A stretch of 53,320 nt of DNA, filler included, from Circinaria calcarea (Eukaryota): NCBI GenBank assembly GCA_051942165.1. It is 4 parts of 4 records of this genome, joined end to end, with 100 filler letters (N's around TTAATTAATTAA, not from the genome) between each part and the next. Parts side by side here need not be neighbours in the genome. Positions count along the whole stretch, not along the records: positions 1 to 13,288 come from JAVECS010000516.1; 3 more parts are not named here. One strand, given 5' to 3'. The notes under the pieces were generated by a model. The model did no database searches and was not told the origin of the DNA. It saw nothing but the letters and a program-made list of their open reading frames with translations. A program made the position numbers and the translations under genes. Positions 1 to 12,696 of this stretch are shown piece after piece. Within the stretch, counting starts at the first letter, position 1, and each line of letters opens with the position of its first letter.

Positions 1-1513
1 CCTCTTGTTCGGTTTTCTTTTCTATTGTGCTCTCTTTCTCTTGCTTATGACCACCCCACCTCGGTCTCTCAACCCACCATTTCCCCTCTCCCGGAAACTC
101 TTCTTCTTGGTTTTCCCTTGCCCTTTCTTGACCGAGCAACAACATCGCGCCCACTTCCCTCAGCAAGTCCGCTACCTCGCTACTCGTCTCCTTTGCGAGT
201 CTCTTCACCTTCTCATCGAACTGCTTTTCTGTCAAACGCTGCCTCTTGAACTGCTCTCTCACCATCCTTCCAAAAGACTCGGTATCCCCTCTACTCACAA
301 TATCCTCCCGACAATGCACGCCCATAATCGGGCCCTCCAACCACCCCGCTCGCGCTCTTGCTCGATCCATCGGATTGCGATAGATGACAGCGGAATGTCG
401 TACGGGTATCAAGAGGTATTGTATCTGTAGGCGAGGTTGGGAGCGAGGTGGTTCGGCGAGGAGACCAAAGGACCATAGAAGGGGTTCGACGAAGGTGCGG
501 ATGAGGTCAAGACGGTAGGATTCAGGCATCTGGGAGCCGGTGCTGAGACGGTGGCCTGTGTAGGTGTAGGTGTCTTCGGTGGTCTTTGCGGAATGGTTAT
601 TGTCTTGAGTTGGGTTGTCTGTTTGAGGGGCAGCTGTTTTATCACCATCCTTCCTTTCGCCAGAAGACTTGTCATCAGCACGCTTTACGTCAGCATACTT
701 TAGGGTGTCTGTGGTTGTGTTGTTGGTATTTTGCTCTAACTTCTCAGCTTGATGGACAGCCTTTCCATCATCATCCTTGCTTTTATCAGCAGCCTGCTCG
801 AAAGCACCCACTGCATCAATATCCAACTCATCACCGTTTCTCGCTTCTGTCTTCGATTTCTCTCCACTAGTCGCACCCACATCATCACGACTCGTATCCC
901 AATAGGTCCCTACGAGCTCCAACGTCTCAAAGAACTTTCTATACTGCACAATCTTCACCTCAGCCTTCGTACCTCTACGCTTGACCGTCTCATACGCAAC
1001 CTCATTCGCGACGTCCAGCTCTCTCTTTCTCACAAGGTACGCTTCCTGTCCCGGTACAGCAGTGCCATTACTCAATCTCCTCGACGACTGCACGTCAGCT
1101 GTGTCAGTTGTGGCTGTTGTCGAAGGCACACTATTCTCTTCAACTGCTGGAAGAAACCTGGCTGGTACGAGCTGCTCGAGCGGGACATCGCGCTCGACTT
1201 TCAGATTGAGGAGTTCGGCGTGGTAAGGCTTGATGTGATGGTATGCGCGAATGCCTGCGAATGTCTTGGCCAGCTCGCTGCCTTCAGGTAGGTCGGTGCG
1301 AGTGGGTTTTTTGGGAATATAGGATGGCAGGTAGACTGGCGTGGCTGGGGGAGGCGTTTTCTTCGGCTTGTTGTCGTCTTGTTTTGGGACTAAGAATGAG
1401 GGTGAGTCAGTGAGGATTCCAGGCGCCGAGAGCGAGGTAAGGAAAGTACATGAAGCGGCAAGTTTGCTTTCGTTAAGAAGCTGTTTAAGAAAAGGGCTCA
1501 AGTATTGGGCCAT
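1..1513 (-). CDS. Conserved fungal hypothetical protein, 3' end runs off the window (not in ORF track)
   Basis: ATG at 1513, 60-nt GT..AG intron 1449-1390 with CTGAC branch, then a stop-free frame to position 1 (~480 aa). Contains YTYTGHRLSTGSQMPESYR, LEGPIMGVHCR, LLREVGAMLLLGQERARE and PGEGKWWVERPRWGGG, resembling a Pezizomycotina uncharacterised family. Confidence 0.8.
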   Translation of the reverse strand, partial: MAQYLSPFLKQLLNESKLAASCTFLTSLSAPGILTDSPSFLVPKQDDNKPKKTPPPATPVYLPSYIPKKPTRTDLPEGSELAKTFAGIRAYHHIKPYHAELLNLKVERDVPLEQLVPARFLPAVEENSVPSTTATTDTADVQSSRRLSNGTAVPGQEAYLVRKRELDVANEVAYETVKRRGTKAEVKIVQYRKFFETLELVGTYWDTSRDDVGATSGEKSKTEARNGDELDIDAVGAFEQAADKSKDDDGKAVHQAEKLEQNTNNTTTDTLKYADVKRADDKSSGERKDGDKTAAPQTDNPTQDNNHSAKTTEDTYTYTGHRLSTGSQMPESYRLDLIRTFVEPLLWSFGLLAEPPRSQPRLQIQYLLIPVRHSAVIYRNPMDRARARAGWLEGPIMGVHCREDIVSRGDTESFGRMVREQFKRQRLTEKQFDEKVKRLAKETSSEVADLLREVGAMLLLGQERARENQEEEFPGEGKWWVERPRWGGHKQEKESTIEKKTEQE

Positions 1514-2859
1514 GGTGAGTGTTGCGCTGTCGCGATTCTCAAGCGTTCAGAGCCTGAAGCCGTTCACAGTAGCAGCGACGTGGCTCTTGAGCGAGCAGAG
1601 AAGGCTGCTACTGATCTCAGAAGAACTACTTAAAAGAGCTGCTTTTCGAATTCAAAAGGCGAATTACTAGAGGTGGACTGTATCTTATTTGGTAACACAA
1701 GGAGAGCGAAGCAAGTGAGGCTTCAAGCATGCACAGACTTTAACACTAAGGAGAAACGAGGTAGCCCGGGCGACTCCCAGCATCAAAACACCCTAGGAGA
1801 GTCTTGACGGGGATCAGAAGCCAATCTTAGCTACCAATAAGAAAGGTGTGAATCTGTGTAGCCTTCAAGTGATGAGGCGTGTCCGGCTCTGTGAAGAAGA
1901 GTCTGGAAGCATCTCAAATACCGAGATGGTAATAAGATCCAATGGTAATAGAGTAGGCTTTAATCAAGCCGTCAACGATGTCATGAATTCCCATACCCTC
2001 TCTAGGCAACGCAGCATGAAAATCAATCCCACACCTTATGAATCAATGAGTATTCAAAAACCTCATATGTACCTATCACCCACAATCCCAAAGCACCCCC
2101 AAAGAGAAAACCAAAGAAAACACACGCCCCAAACTTACCAAAAGCCGTCCAATTGCCAAACATCATTGTCCCCTCTCTATCTCTATATCACCAAGCTGTT
2201 GCGACAAACGATTCAAATCACAAAAAGTGTTTTACCACAAACTCCATCCCCGCCTCCTCCACATCCACACTTCCCCACATCCTCATGCTATAAGTCACCG
2301 GTCCGAGAGACTCCGCACTTGCAAAATCCCTTGCAAGCGCCGGCGTTTCGGAGGAAGTTTGCGCCTATCCTGACCACCTGCAGTCCCCCTGGTTGATGTT
2401 TGGCGTGCGGCTTACAGCCTTGATGGAGGTTATGAGAGTTCTGGATGTCAGTGTGCGGGCAAAGGAGCTCGGGGGAATCTGCGAATCAGAAGGCCATTGT
2501 CCTGACAGATCAATCCCAAATTTGTGCAATGTCTCTTAGACCCACCCGATACCAAAGCTGGTGCAGCCGAGCTTCACAGGTTACTCAGAGTAAGACTTGG
2601 AGGCTGTCAGTAGTTCAAGGATTGAGTAAACAAGGGATGATAAATATCGGTTCAACGATTGCCGTTTAGAATATCTAAAGTTTTCAGTGACATGGACTAG
2701 TATATATGTCAAGTAATTGATGGTGCGACACCAAAAAATAATATATTTCAGACACAGGTATCATGTGGCATATACAGCTCATTCCATCAATATATAAAGA
2801 CCGAATCATAGAGGATTCAAAATAAGATGATCGTAAGCAATGCATTCAGTAGTTCATGG

Positions 2860-5107
2860 CTACTGCTCCCCTTCTTTTACCCACGGAAGACTAAAGGTCC
2901 CCACCCATTCCTCCACTTCGCGCCTTAACTGCACAATCTCAACCACATCTTGGCCTTCACCTAAGTACTCCAAAAAAGCCTTGACGCTACCAGGATTCTT
3001 GCGGCCTTGTGATTCTGATTCTTCCTTGGCTGCCTTGTCCAGCTTTTGCGAGATGCTTACCGCTCGATCTACAACATCCGCAACACGGGTAAAGTCTTCT
3101 GGTTGGAAGCCTCTCGTCGTCATGGCAGGCGAACCCATTCTCAACCCACCAGGTTTCATCGCTGATTTATCACCGGGTACAGTGTTCTTGTTGCTGGCAA
3201 CGCCAACAAGCTCCAGAACCCGTTCCACTCGAGCGCCGTCAATACCGCGATCTTTAAGGTCAATCAGTACGAGATGGTTATCTGTACCTCCACTGACAAC
3301 AGTGTAGCCAAGGCCACCGTCTTTCTTTGATTTCCCAAGTCTATTGGCTAGCGCTTTGGCGTTGAGAAGGACAGTCTTCTGGTAATCCTTGAATTCCTTG
3401 CTTTGCGCTTGTTTAAGAGCCACGGCCAGGGCTGTGATGGTATGATTATGGGGGCCACCTTGATGACCTGGGAAAACCGATGCATTGATAGGTCCTTCTA
3501 GGTCATACAACTCCGGAACGCCCTTTTTATCTACCCGGCGAACACCCTTCCGGAAGAAGATCATTGCGCCCCGTGGACCTCTTAACGACTTGTGAGTAGT
3601 GGTTGTGACAACATCGGAGTGTGGGAACGGAGAAGGAATAACACCCCCAGCAACAAGACCAGAGATATGAGCCATGTCGCTCAATAGATAAGCGCCAACC
3701 TTTTCCGCAATGTCCCGCATGCGCTTGTACTCGATCAATCTGCTATATGCAGACGTACCAGCAATGATAATCTTTGGTCGATACAACATAGCCAATTCTT
3801 CCAGTTTCACATAATCAATAAGTCCCGTTGATTCGTCAAGTCGATAAGGTAACGTTTCGAAATACTTTGAAATGGCAGATATCTTCTTAGTTGGTGTTTG
3901 ATAGCCATGGGACAGATGTCCACCGTGTGGAAGGTCGAGACCCATAATTCGATCATGTGAGTTTAGGAGAGCGGAGTAAGCATAAAGATTTGCTGGAGAT
4001 CCAGATAAAGCTGTGCAACGATTTAGTCAATGAACCTATTAAGAAGGAATAAGCAGTAGCAAAGTAGCAAAGTCGAGCTAGTAGAATAGTCTATAAAGGA
4101 TGATGTTCAGGATGGCGGATATGAGAAGCGTAGGAGGAAAATAGAGGCTGATGACCAGCTTAAGGCAAGAAAAGGGGGTACTATTAAACTCAATAAGCAA
4201 CTTGGTAAAAGATGTAAGATGTGTAGAGAGGAACACAGATAGGCGTCAAACAAAATCAAGCAAGAAGCAAGGCTGGCAGGCAAGGAAAAACTGCTCGAGA
4301 GAGGACATTTTGAGAGAAGACACAGATGTTCAAAAGGGAGGAAGACTTCAAATGCAAGAGATGTTATGAATGGTCCCAAGAAATACAGAACAGTATAAAG
4401 GATTGTAGGCCACAGAGAGGCAAGGAGTGATTTAGGAAATGTAGTTGTGGAGACTATGCAGAGGGTAGGAGAAGAAGGAATACTAACGTTGTACATTAAC
4501 GCCCCATTCATTCTCATCCAGTCCATAAGTCTCCAAAGCCCGCCTCTGGCATAACCGCTCGGCTTCATCGATGTACTTGTTCCCACCATAGTATCGTGCA
4601 CCCGGATAACCTTCAGAATATTTGTCTGCGCGAGAGATGATCAGCAGACGCCTACGCACCTAAGTTATGGTTGAGCTATCTTTACTTTGCATCACACTTC
4701 CCAGGGCATCGAGGACTGATTGGGAAGTAAAGTTTTCGGAAGGGATTAGGTTGATGAAATGTTTCTGCCTCCGTTTTTCCTGTGTTTTATTCATCAGCGT
4801 CTTCCCCGCATTTCATGTCTTGAATTCACAGTCTATTCCCCACCTTTTGTATGATGTCGAAAACCGTGGGGTCCGCCTCCTCGAGGTTGGCAGCAAGTAG
4901 CTCGAAGACGGTGAGTCAGACTCTTGTCACCATATGTTCCGCAGGCAAGCTTACTTTATGCTGACTCTCGGCGCTCATAGAAGTGATAGGCCGCCATTGC
5001 GCTGGGAATTGAGGTGTCTGCCATTGTCTGGAGGACCTGGAAGCAAGTCTATTGGGGTTGTTCCGCAGTGCTCTGGCAGCGCATCTTGTACAAGTAGATG
5101 GAGACAT
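2860..5107 (-). CDS. SHM1: Serine hydroxymethyltransferase, mitochondrial type (5 exons)
   Basis: Exons 5107-4955, 4900-4844, 4779-4686, 4625-4488, 4010-2860. Motifs [41 protein letters not shown]-lysine [24 protein letters not shown]. Arg/Ser-rich N-terminus typical of a mitochondrial presequence. Confidence 0.96.
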
Positions 5108-6987
5108 GAGTGATTCGGCAGCAGGGCCCAGCTCTCAAGGTAAACGTAGCTGTCTCCTTGTTTGAGTTGGGGAGAATTCTACCATCACTGCAATTATCCC
5201 ACTTACTGACCCTGACGAAACTCCATTTGATACGGTGGACGAAGCGGCCAGTCTATGCATGCCGTACGACTACCCTTCACGTCATTGCCGCTTTCTATCT
5301 TCTCCTTCTTCTTTACACAACTAAATCCAAGATGAAGAGATGACCAGTACGGCAGTCACAGCACTCGCTCGCTGGTGTAAGCCAGTCGATGTGGGTGATG
5401 CTGATATGTTCCGGGTCCAACTTACCACCTTGAGAGGGACAATTTGAGATTATCTGATTGGAGTTGTTGTGTTGTAGAGGCCTTTTGCTCAGCTTAAACT
5501 CTGGGTTGAGCCTATGGACTATACTCAGTCCAGGCTCATCTATTTATATTGTAGATACAACAGATGTTCTTTCAAGCGGCTAAGTTCTACTGTCACCACC
5601 CCAGTATGTGGAAGTTCCTAACAACCGATACGCAAAAGACCAGAAGTCTATTTTATCTATTCACTTTGTTCTCTCTACATGTATCATCATGCAATCCAAG
5701 TCACTGCCCCTATTTTCTCTTCAGGGAAGCTAAGCATCTGGTATCACGTGTTACTCATGGGGACACCAATGCTCCGCTATATCTGTCCTCCTCAGTCTAA
5801 CATTCTGCTTGATATACTGTGTCAATGTTTTCTGGTAGGACTTACTCAGTGATAACTTGGAAAGGTGCAAGAGATGGTATATCTGTTTTCGTGTTACCTC
5901 TTTTGTGTTGTTGCAAGTCGCTATAGACACCTAGCACGTTGGAGCAACCCAATATCAGTAGACAGGCAGTTACTGTATGCCGTGCTCTTAATCCGCTTGA
6001 TTCTGCTTCCAGCTCCCATGATGAAATGGTTATCGGGCAGCCCAATGTTCCAGCCTGTTCTGGATGGGTTTGCCTCCGTCCTAATGGGAGCGAGGATCTT
6101 ACGAGAGTAATGGTCTTCTTACGCTATATATAGACAGCAGCGGTCTGGTACGGCTGTGCAATCTGTATATCGAAGTCAAAAAGACACTGATAGACAATCT
6201 TCGGATCGATTCTACTGACACCGTACTTTCAGGATTTACTAGAGTAAATACAAACCCTCGAGTCCTTTCTCAGGTCTCCTGATCGTCGATTCGGAAATCA
6301 GTGTATCGTCAATCCTAGTTTGTGTCTCTCCAATCCAGCTGTCTCTTATCAGGACCTACATCTGTGGTAGATTCTGTTTTTGACTTTCGAACTATGTATC
6401 TATAATCTACTGCAAAACATCGCGAAACTGTAGCTAGTGTTTGTTAGTTCTAACCCCCTTCGAGTCGTGAAGACATCATCTTACCATGGAGCTTGTTCTT
6501 TCAGTCCGGTAGATGACTTTCCAATACCTGCATCATCAAGACACGATAGGTTTGCTAGATCGTCTAGCTGAGCGCCCCCTTTAGCCAGTGCGAGGAGAGT
6601 ACCCCAGCCACGTGTTTCATGCTATTGTCCACCTTGGGACATATTTCAACTCCTACACATTTCCGCCTTGATAGTAGTCTCGCCACGAACCTCAGGTTTC
6701 ATTCCAAGTTCGTATTCTATGAAGTTGACCAATCTTCATATGTATCATCCTAATCACACACACGAGCCGTCTTTACAAGTTCGTGCTCTTTGGTTTGTTA
6801 CTAAACCTACTACCAGTACGTGGTTATCTCCTCACTTCAAAGCAACATCTGACAAGCCCAGGGACGATTCTGCAGCATCTTGCTGGGTGATTCAAACTTC
6901 ACCACGTCATAAGACCAATCAAATTCAGTGAAGGAGCTCTTGTATTACCCAAGTGATCTACTATAACTACTTCAGGTAACTGCAGAT

Positions 6988-7932
6988 ATGCCATTGTCAT
7001 TCCTCAGTCTTCCCCCCGAAATTCGCAACAAAGTCTATCACCTCCTATTTGACTGGGAGGATGGCGAGGTTATCAACGGACACATACCGCATCAGAAGAA
7101 TGCTCAAGGGTCATCGACTGCTGTGTGGGCTGGTCTTCCACTTCTCACTACGTGCAAGGTTGTGAACATTGAAGCGAGTACCATGATGTACGGTTCATGT
7201 ACTTTCACCTTCAACGATACCCCGGATAGTAACAAAACCAAGGGGACTGAAGGGAGCAGCTTCGGTATTGCGGGGATGTACACTTTCCTACGTCTCATAG
7301 GCCTTGAAAATCGCATGCGGATCCGTCAAATTGCACTACAGATCAGTAACAAGAGAACCTGCTGCTATCTTGAAGAAATTAAAATCCCCTCCAAGGAGAA
7401 GCTGGCGTTCAACGGAAAGCCACTGGGAGACGCGTTGAACCTCCTTGCGGCGGGACACGGTCTCCAATACATTTTTGTTGGGTTCACCGATGGGATGAAA
7501 GGTCCTCACCAACCCTCATCCATTGCTAATAGTTTCTTCCGCCCGATCAAGGAGTCGAAACTACTCCAGGAGTTGAGTCGCATCAAAGGTCTGACGGACT
7601 TCGTCTGCGAGGCGGTGCTCGACGAGAAGTGCAGAGCAAGTTATCGCCAGCTTCGGAAACTGATGACGCAGCCAAAGCGCTCTGCTGTGCAAAAAACCAA
7701 AGAGGAGGTCAAGGCGATGGACATCGGCGCAAGATTGGTCAACATGGCAAAACGTCGAGTGGAACTCGGGAAGCAGATCGAGGCAGGTAACGCGCAGATT
7801 GAGGAGTGGACAAAGTTGCATGACCGGATCGCGGGGCTCAAGGCCGAGACAACGGGGTGGCAGCAGGAGATTGATAACATTGATCGCACCCTCGGGAGCA
7901 TTGGTGCGCTCTCCTCGACCATGGATGACTAG
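6988..7932 (+). CDS. F-box-like domain protein with C-terminal coiled coil
   Basis: Intronless 314-aa ORF starting SFLSLPPEIRNKVYHLLF, with LLTTCKVVNIEASTMMYG..F (common fungal F-box-like family); helical heptad-like C-terminus. Confidence 0.75.
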   Translation: MPLSFLSLPPEIRNKVYHLLFDWEDGEVINGHIPHQKNAQGSSTAVWAGLPLLTTCKVVNIEASTMMYGSCTFTFNDTPDSNKTKGTEGSSFGIAGMYTFLRLIGLENRMRIRQIALQISNKRTCCYLEEIKIPSKEKLAFNGKPLGDALNLLAAGHGLQYIFVGFTDGMKGPHQPSSIANSFFRPIKESKLLQELSRIKGLTDFVCEAVLDEKCRASYRQLRKLMTQPKRSAVQKTKEEVKAMDIGARLVNMAKRRVELGKQIEAGNAQIEEWTKLHDRIAGLKAETTGWQQEIDNIDRTLGSIGALSSTMDD

Positions 7933-9050
7933 GTAGGGAAGCATTGGTGAGGCCTGGAGTCTCAAAGGAGCAGCACCCGGCATATGTTTTCAGCGGTAGC
8001 CGGTGAGATCAGGGACTTTTTGATGCAGTGCTACCGGCATGGCAGCAAGGCACACATAGCGGCATGACGCAAGGGAAACGTTTCGCTTTGAAACACTGTT
8101 TCGCTATCAATTTAATCGCAATATGTCTTTCAATGACTCTTGCCCCTCCCCTTCCCCCTTGAATCTCGTAACTCCTTGCGCTCTCTCACTAGTTCTGCGC
8201 TCCCCAGTTGCGAGATTACGTTCGGTATGGTAACCGGATCTCCCAAAAACAGAACGACGACGGTTAGTGGACATTGAGATGATTCAAGCGATCGTGCGAG
8301 CGGATGCCCTATTCAGCCGTAATCTCCACAGTAAGTTGTATCGAGGACCCTAAGGATCCTTTGGGCTTCGAGAGGCGCTCTTACTTCCGGGGTCAGAGGT
8401 GAGGCTCATTTAAGGTTGGCTTTACCTCACGCGTTGGTTGTTTGCAACTGGTTCTGACTGCTGTATACTTTTCTTGTTGTATGCGTGTAGTTGAAGACTA
8501 CCGTATGATAGTTCTAGATGTTGCGACCCAACGACAATTACTCCTTCATCGCGATCACCAATGACAACTACCATATTGTATGTAGCCTCCTCCGAGACTT
8601 GGACAAGGAGAATGACCGAAGATCGCCTATACATGTAGCCAATGGCAATCGTATCCGGGCATCTTATTAATAGCCTAAATACACCCTTGCTCAGATGACG
8701 ACGACCGCTACTACTGGAGATATGGGAAATTGAGGTCAAATGACAGCTTTGCTGACCGTTGTCTGTTGTTGGGTCAATTGCGGGTCCTGGATATTGACTG
8801 CACGCTAATGTCAGGTACGAAAAGGCTAAATGCCTGGGCTTGACTTGATTGGCTTAGTGCAAGGGGCTCACTCTCTGACCCTGGCCCAGTGGGTCTTGGC
8901 CAGATCGCTTCTCAGATACAAATGCTCTGCCCCCCCTTTCGCATTCCTTCTCTCTTCCCTTTCCATCACACCACGACTTTCTTGCCAGAAAACCTACACT
9001 TCACCGGTCTTCACCGATTACACTCGTTTGTAGTATTGCCTGTCAAGTCG

Positions 9051-9068
9051 CTCTCTCTCTCTCTCTCT
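9051..9068. repeat. (CT)9 microsatellite upstream of the cell-wall protein gene
   Basis: Direct sequence ctctctctctctctctct. Confidence 0.85.
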
Positions 9069-9145
9069 TAATCAACCACTCACCAATCCCTCGATCCTCT
9101 ATACGTATTCTACCCGTTAATTCAATACCCATCAATCCATTCAAG

Positions 9146-9854
9146 ATGCGTTTCACCGTTGCTGCTTCCACTGCTGCCCTCGTGGCCGGTGCCTCTGCAA
9201 ATCACTTAAACACGACCATGTCAAACACGACCATCTACACCACCGAGGTCGTGACCGCATACACCACTTACTGCCCGGCCCCAACTGAAATTGTCCACGG
9301 CACCGAAACCTACGTCGTCACTGAGGTATGCCTCTCCCCGAGATTGCGCGCTCGAAAAACTCGCCTGGCGATATCTTATCTGAACACGTGCTAATAGTTC
9401 TACCTTTAGGCAACTACCTTGACCATTACCAACTGCCCGTGCACCGTCACCATGCCAGTCATTACTTCAACCGCGACGTACTGTCCCACCTGGTAACCAC
9501 TCAGTCTTTCTCTCGAAAGCTGACCTTTCCAATTTCACCCTCACTAACATCGGATCTAGTCCCGCTTCCTCTGTGGCCGCGCCAGTCTACACCAGCCCGA
9601 TCGTCTCTGGTGGTCCAATCAGCTCTGCTGCTCCCTACCCGACCTACATCAACAACAGCACCATGCCTGCAGGTACCGGCTCTCCTGGTCCCATTCCCGC
9701 TACTACTGTTTCTGTTGGGAGTGGAAGCACTGGATTCGTACCTAGCCCGTCCGGCAGTGCGCCAGCCACTTTCACTGGTGCTGCCAATCAAGCTTTCGCC
9801 GCTTCAGGTGCCGGACTTGCTGGTCTATTGGGCTTAGCTGCATTCATGCTATAA
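9146..9854 (+). CDS. Small GPI-anchored cell-wall protein (CCG-6/MMC, Sed1/Ccw12-like repeat)
   Basis: Exons 9146-9325, 9410-9492, 9560-9854 splice in frame. Signal peptide MRFTVAASTAALVAGASA; motifs TTEVVTAYTTYCPAPT and TLTITNCPCTVT; C-terminal FTGAAN plus hydrophobic tail (GPI signal). Confidence 0.9.
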
Positions 9855-10916
9855 GCTTGCTTAGAGGATGATATCAGAGGATGGTAATGGGCGGTAGTGG
9901 TTCATTCTTGTTTGGCATTGATTCAGCATGTAGGGTGCGAGCCGATGATTTACTCTTGGGTCTAATACTGCATCAGTTGTGTTGGCATGTTGGATGATAG
10001 GTCCCATCATCCTTGGGTTGAGTGGATAAGATGAGAGGGGATTTTGTGGGATGAAGTTGGTTGGCAAAACATGTTTGCAATGTACAAAACCGATGAGACT
10101 TGTACGATCAGATAGAAACCAATGCATGAAATCAATTGACTCGCGTCTCAGGATCGCGCTGCTGCGCCTCCTCCACCACCCCCTTGAAGATTATGATATA
10201 AGGACCAGGTTTAGCGCAGGCGCTGAGGTACTGCTGCATCCGCCACTTCTACGCCCAGCATCCAAACGCCCCACGCCCATTTCCCAAACCCATTCTACTC
10301 CCTTATCTTACATTCATTTTACACCTCCATCGTTGTGATTCCGTTACAGGAGCCGTCACTGCTTTAATTGAAACCGCTGAACCTCCTCCCTTTCTGTTTC
10401 ATTTTCTTTTCCGGTTTCTTGTCGTTCACCCCGTTACTGTGCAAACTATGCGATGCCATTCCATTTGTGAGTCTCAGCATCGATTGTGGAGACTCGTTCC
10501 TCTGGATTCTGGAAATCTTAATAATTCTAATATCCAATTGCGGATGGCTTGTGACCCATAATCTAGAGCACGAAGACGTAAGCGCGGGTTATAAGGTAGA
10601 ATCCCTGTCTTTCACATATTTTTGCCTCCATGCTCGACTTTGGATGGACTGAAGTATCCACCTGCAGAGAGTGGCACTGACACGCCATGTATGCGGTGCC
10701 GTGCTTGAAACTCAGGCAGTAGTCGGAAGGAAATGCTCAATAGCTGGCTTCAGCTAATGCGGATGTCATTTAAAAGGAGGTGGCTCGTTGCGGCAGCGCT
10801 GTCCGCTGCGGAGCATCCCTTTTGCACAATGGAGTTACAGTATAGCTATCAAGCCTGCTGCTCATTCAGCACTTCTCTGTTTGTAAAACAATCCGGTATT
10901 TTCAAGAAACACAGAG

Positions 10917-12696
10917 ATGGATCGGATTACTCAACAAAATGAGCAAACATCAATACAATCTTCATTTACCACAGCTCTTAGGCATCCACATACGAGGTCG
11001 AGTACAGATGCTCCAGAGGTCTTGCCTATGGAACACTCCAAGGACAGGCGTCAAGGCCCACTTCTACTGCCCGGAAAGGAAGACAAGGAGGCTGTTAATA
11101 ACGTTGACGAGGCAGATATGCAAGTTGTCCCTCTAGAATGTCAAGGTCGTCAAGAGCCAGGTTTACAAGTACTCATGGGAGGAGAGGAGAAAGAATTAGT
11201 CCTTAACCAAGATTTAATCACTGGGCTGCAAGTAGAGGGCGACGGCAGGGCAGCTAATCAAGCAAAGACAAGAAGCCGAAGTCCACGACACATTTTTGTA
11301 TTCTTCATCATTGTCGTCGCTATCGTCATTATTGTTGTAGTTCCAACTACAATTTTCAAGCGTTCAAGAGGCGCCGGCGGTCCTACGAGGTAAGAGTCTC
11401 AATACATTGTAAGTCATCTGCGAATCATCTCCAATGGTTAATCCATGTTAGTCCACCAACAAATGCGCCTGCTACAATGGCACCTTCTACTGGTCTTCCC
11501 AGCGCAACTGGTATCTTCAACCCGGCAATCTCGACTACTCCTCAGGCAAGGGCTTTACCCGGGATCGGTATGGCTTTTTTATATCCGGAGAATATTTATG
11601 ATGCCGCTTGGCTTTTATATCAAGATATTACAGGAGCTCTTAGGTGTGTTCCATATACTATCTCAGATATCTGGAGAAGTAGCCAGGTTCTCCGGATAAA
11701 CGACGTTTTCATTGGCTCGTCGTTGACTGCTATAAGTTATAAATCTCCAGCAGGCAGCGAAATGGTTGTAAGGAGCTCTCACCTTCACTCCTCGAGCTAT
11801 ACTGACGACTGAGTTCCAGACGCATCATCTTTTCTATATTGACACATTTGGGAAAATACAAGACATGACTTTGACAATATCATCCGACATGAGCGGTCCA
11901 GCCGACTCATGGATGCCCGGCAACTTGGGAAGCTACAAGTTCAAGGCTCCTCTAGTTGCGGGTGTTGGTATGTCAGTGATTGCAAACAATGGGGAATATT
12001 TCGTCGAGTCTTCCTATGTACCAAACCTTACCATTGCTGGTGTAGTAAGCCTGTTCGTGGGTGGTATAGACGGTCTTGTTCACGAATACAGATACTTGGC
12101 CCAGAACAATACATGGACTGCAAGCTTTACATTCAATGATACAAACGGATATAGTGGTATAAGCGCTTACGCAGTAGGGACGGGCGCAACACTGTTGATG
12201 CACAACAACAGTGGAGTATCAGCTAAATGGGATACGTGTTCTGGACCTTTTTCTAGCCCATGTCCTTCCCCTAATGGGGAGACACCAAAGCGATGGTATG
12301 CTGGTAGGTAAAAAATACCCCTTGAAGTTACCAAGACCTGAATATCTAACTCACACTCTGGCTAAAGTAATACCGGCTTTTGTAACAGCAGTTGCAAATA
12401 GCTCTCTGTCACCATCGATTGGCGAATTCTTCTACTATCAGGATTCTAATCTAAGCATCAACTTCTTTCATCGAAATGATCTTGACGTGTATGTGTCGAG
12501 CAAAATAACGGATAGTCCGCAGGGTATGCGTGGTACTGCATTAACCGGAGGGATGTTTAACAGGCATGGTGAACCACCAGCAATCGGGCAGGTCTTTTTT
12601 CAGTCGGCAAATGGTAGCATCGTGGTGTATGCCCCTGAGTTATCTACATTCGGGATATCTGCATGGGTGAATTACGGCGAAGTACCACTTTGCTAG
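10917..12696 (+). CDS. Single-pass membrane protein with fucose-lectin-like beta-propeller ectodomain
   Basis: Exons 10917-11389, 11452-11767, 11820-12303, 12368-12696 splice in frame. TM helix IFVFFIIVVAIVIIVVVPTTIF after a basic stretch. Blade-like repeats LLYQDITGAL, HLFYIDTFGKIQDM, LFVGGIDGLVHEYRY, FYYQDSNLSI, VFFQSANGSIVVY. Confidence 0.7.

Noticed and set aside
1848..2396. 182-aa + strand ORF
   Set aside because: GTG start, low-complexity composition and no motifs; probably intergenic.
4107..4601. 164-aa hydrophobic ORF
   Set aside because: Out-of-frame read-through of an SHMT exon into the pyrimidine-rich intron.
2860..5107. SHMT as a precursor-supply gene for the cluster
   Set aside because: Different contig, and it is a canonical housekeeping enzyme.
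5560..6500. Possible transposon remnant upstream of SHMT
   Set aside because: No terminal repeats or transposase/RT motifs recognised.
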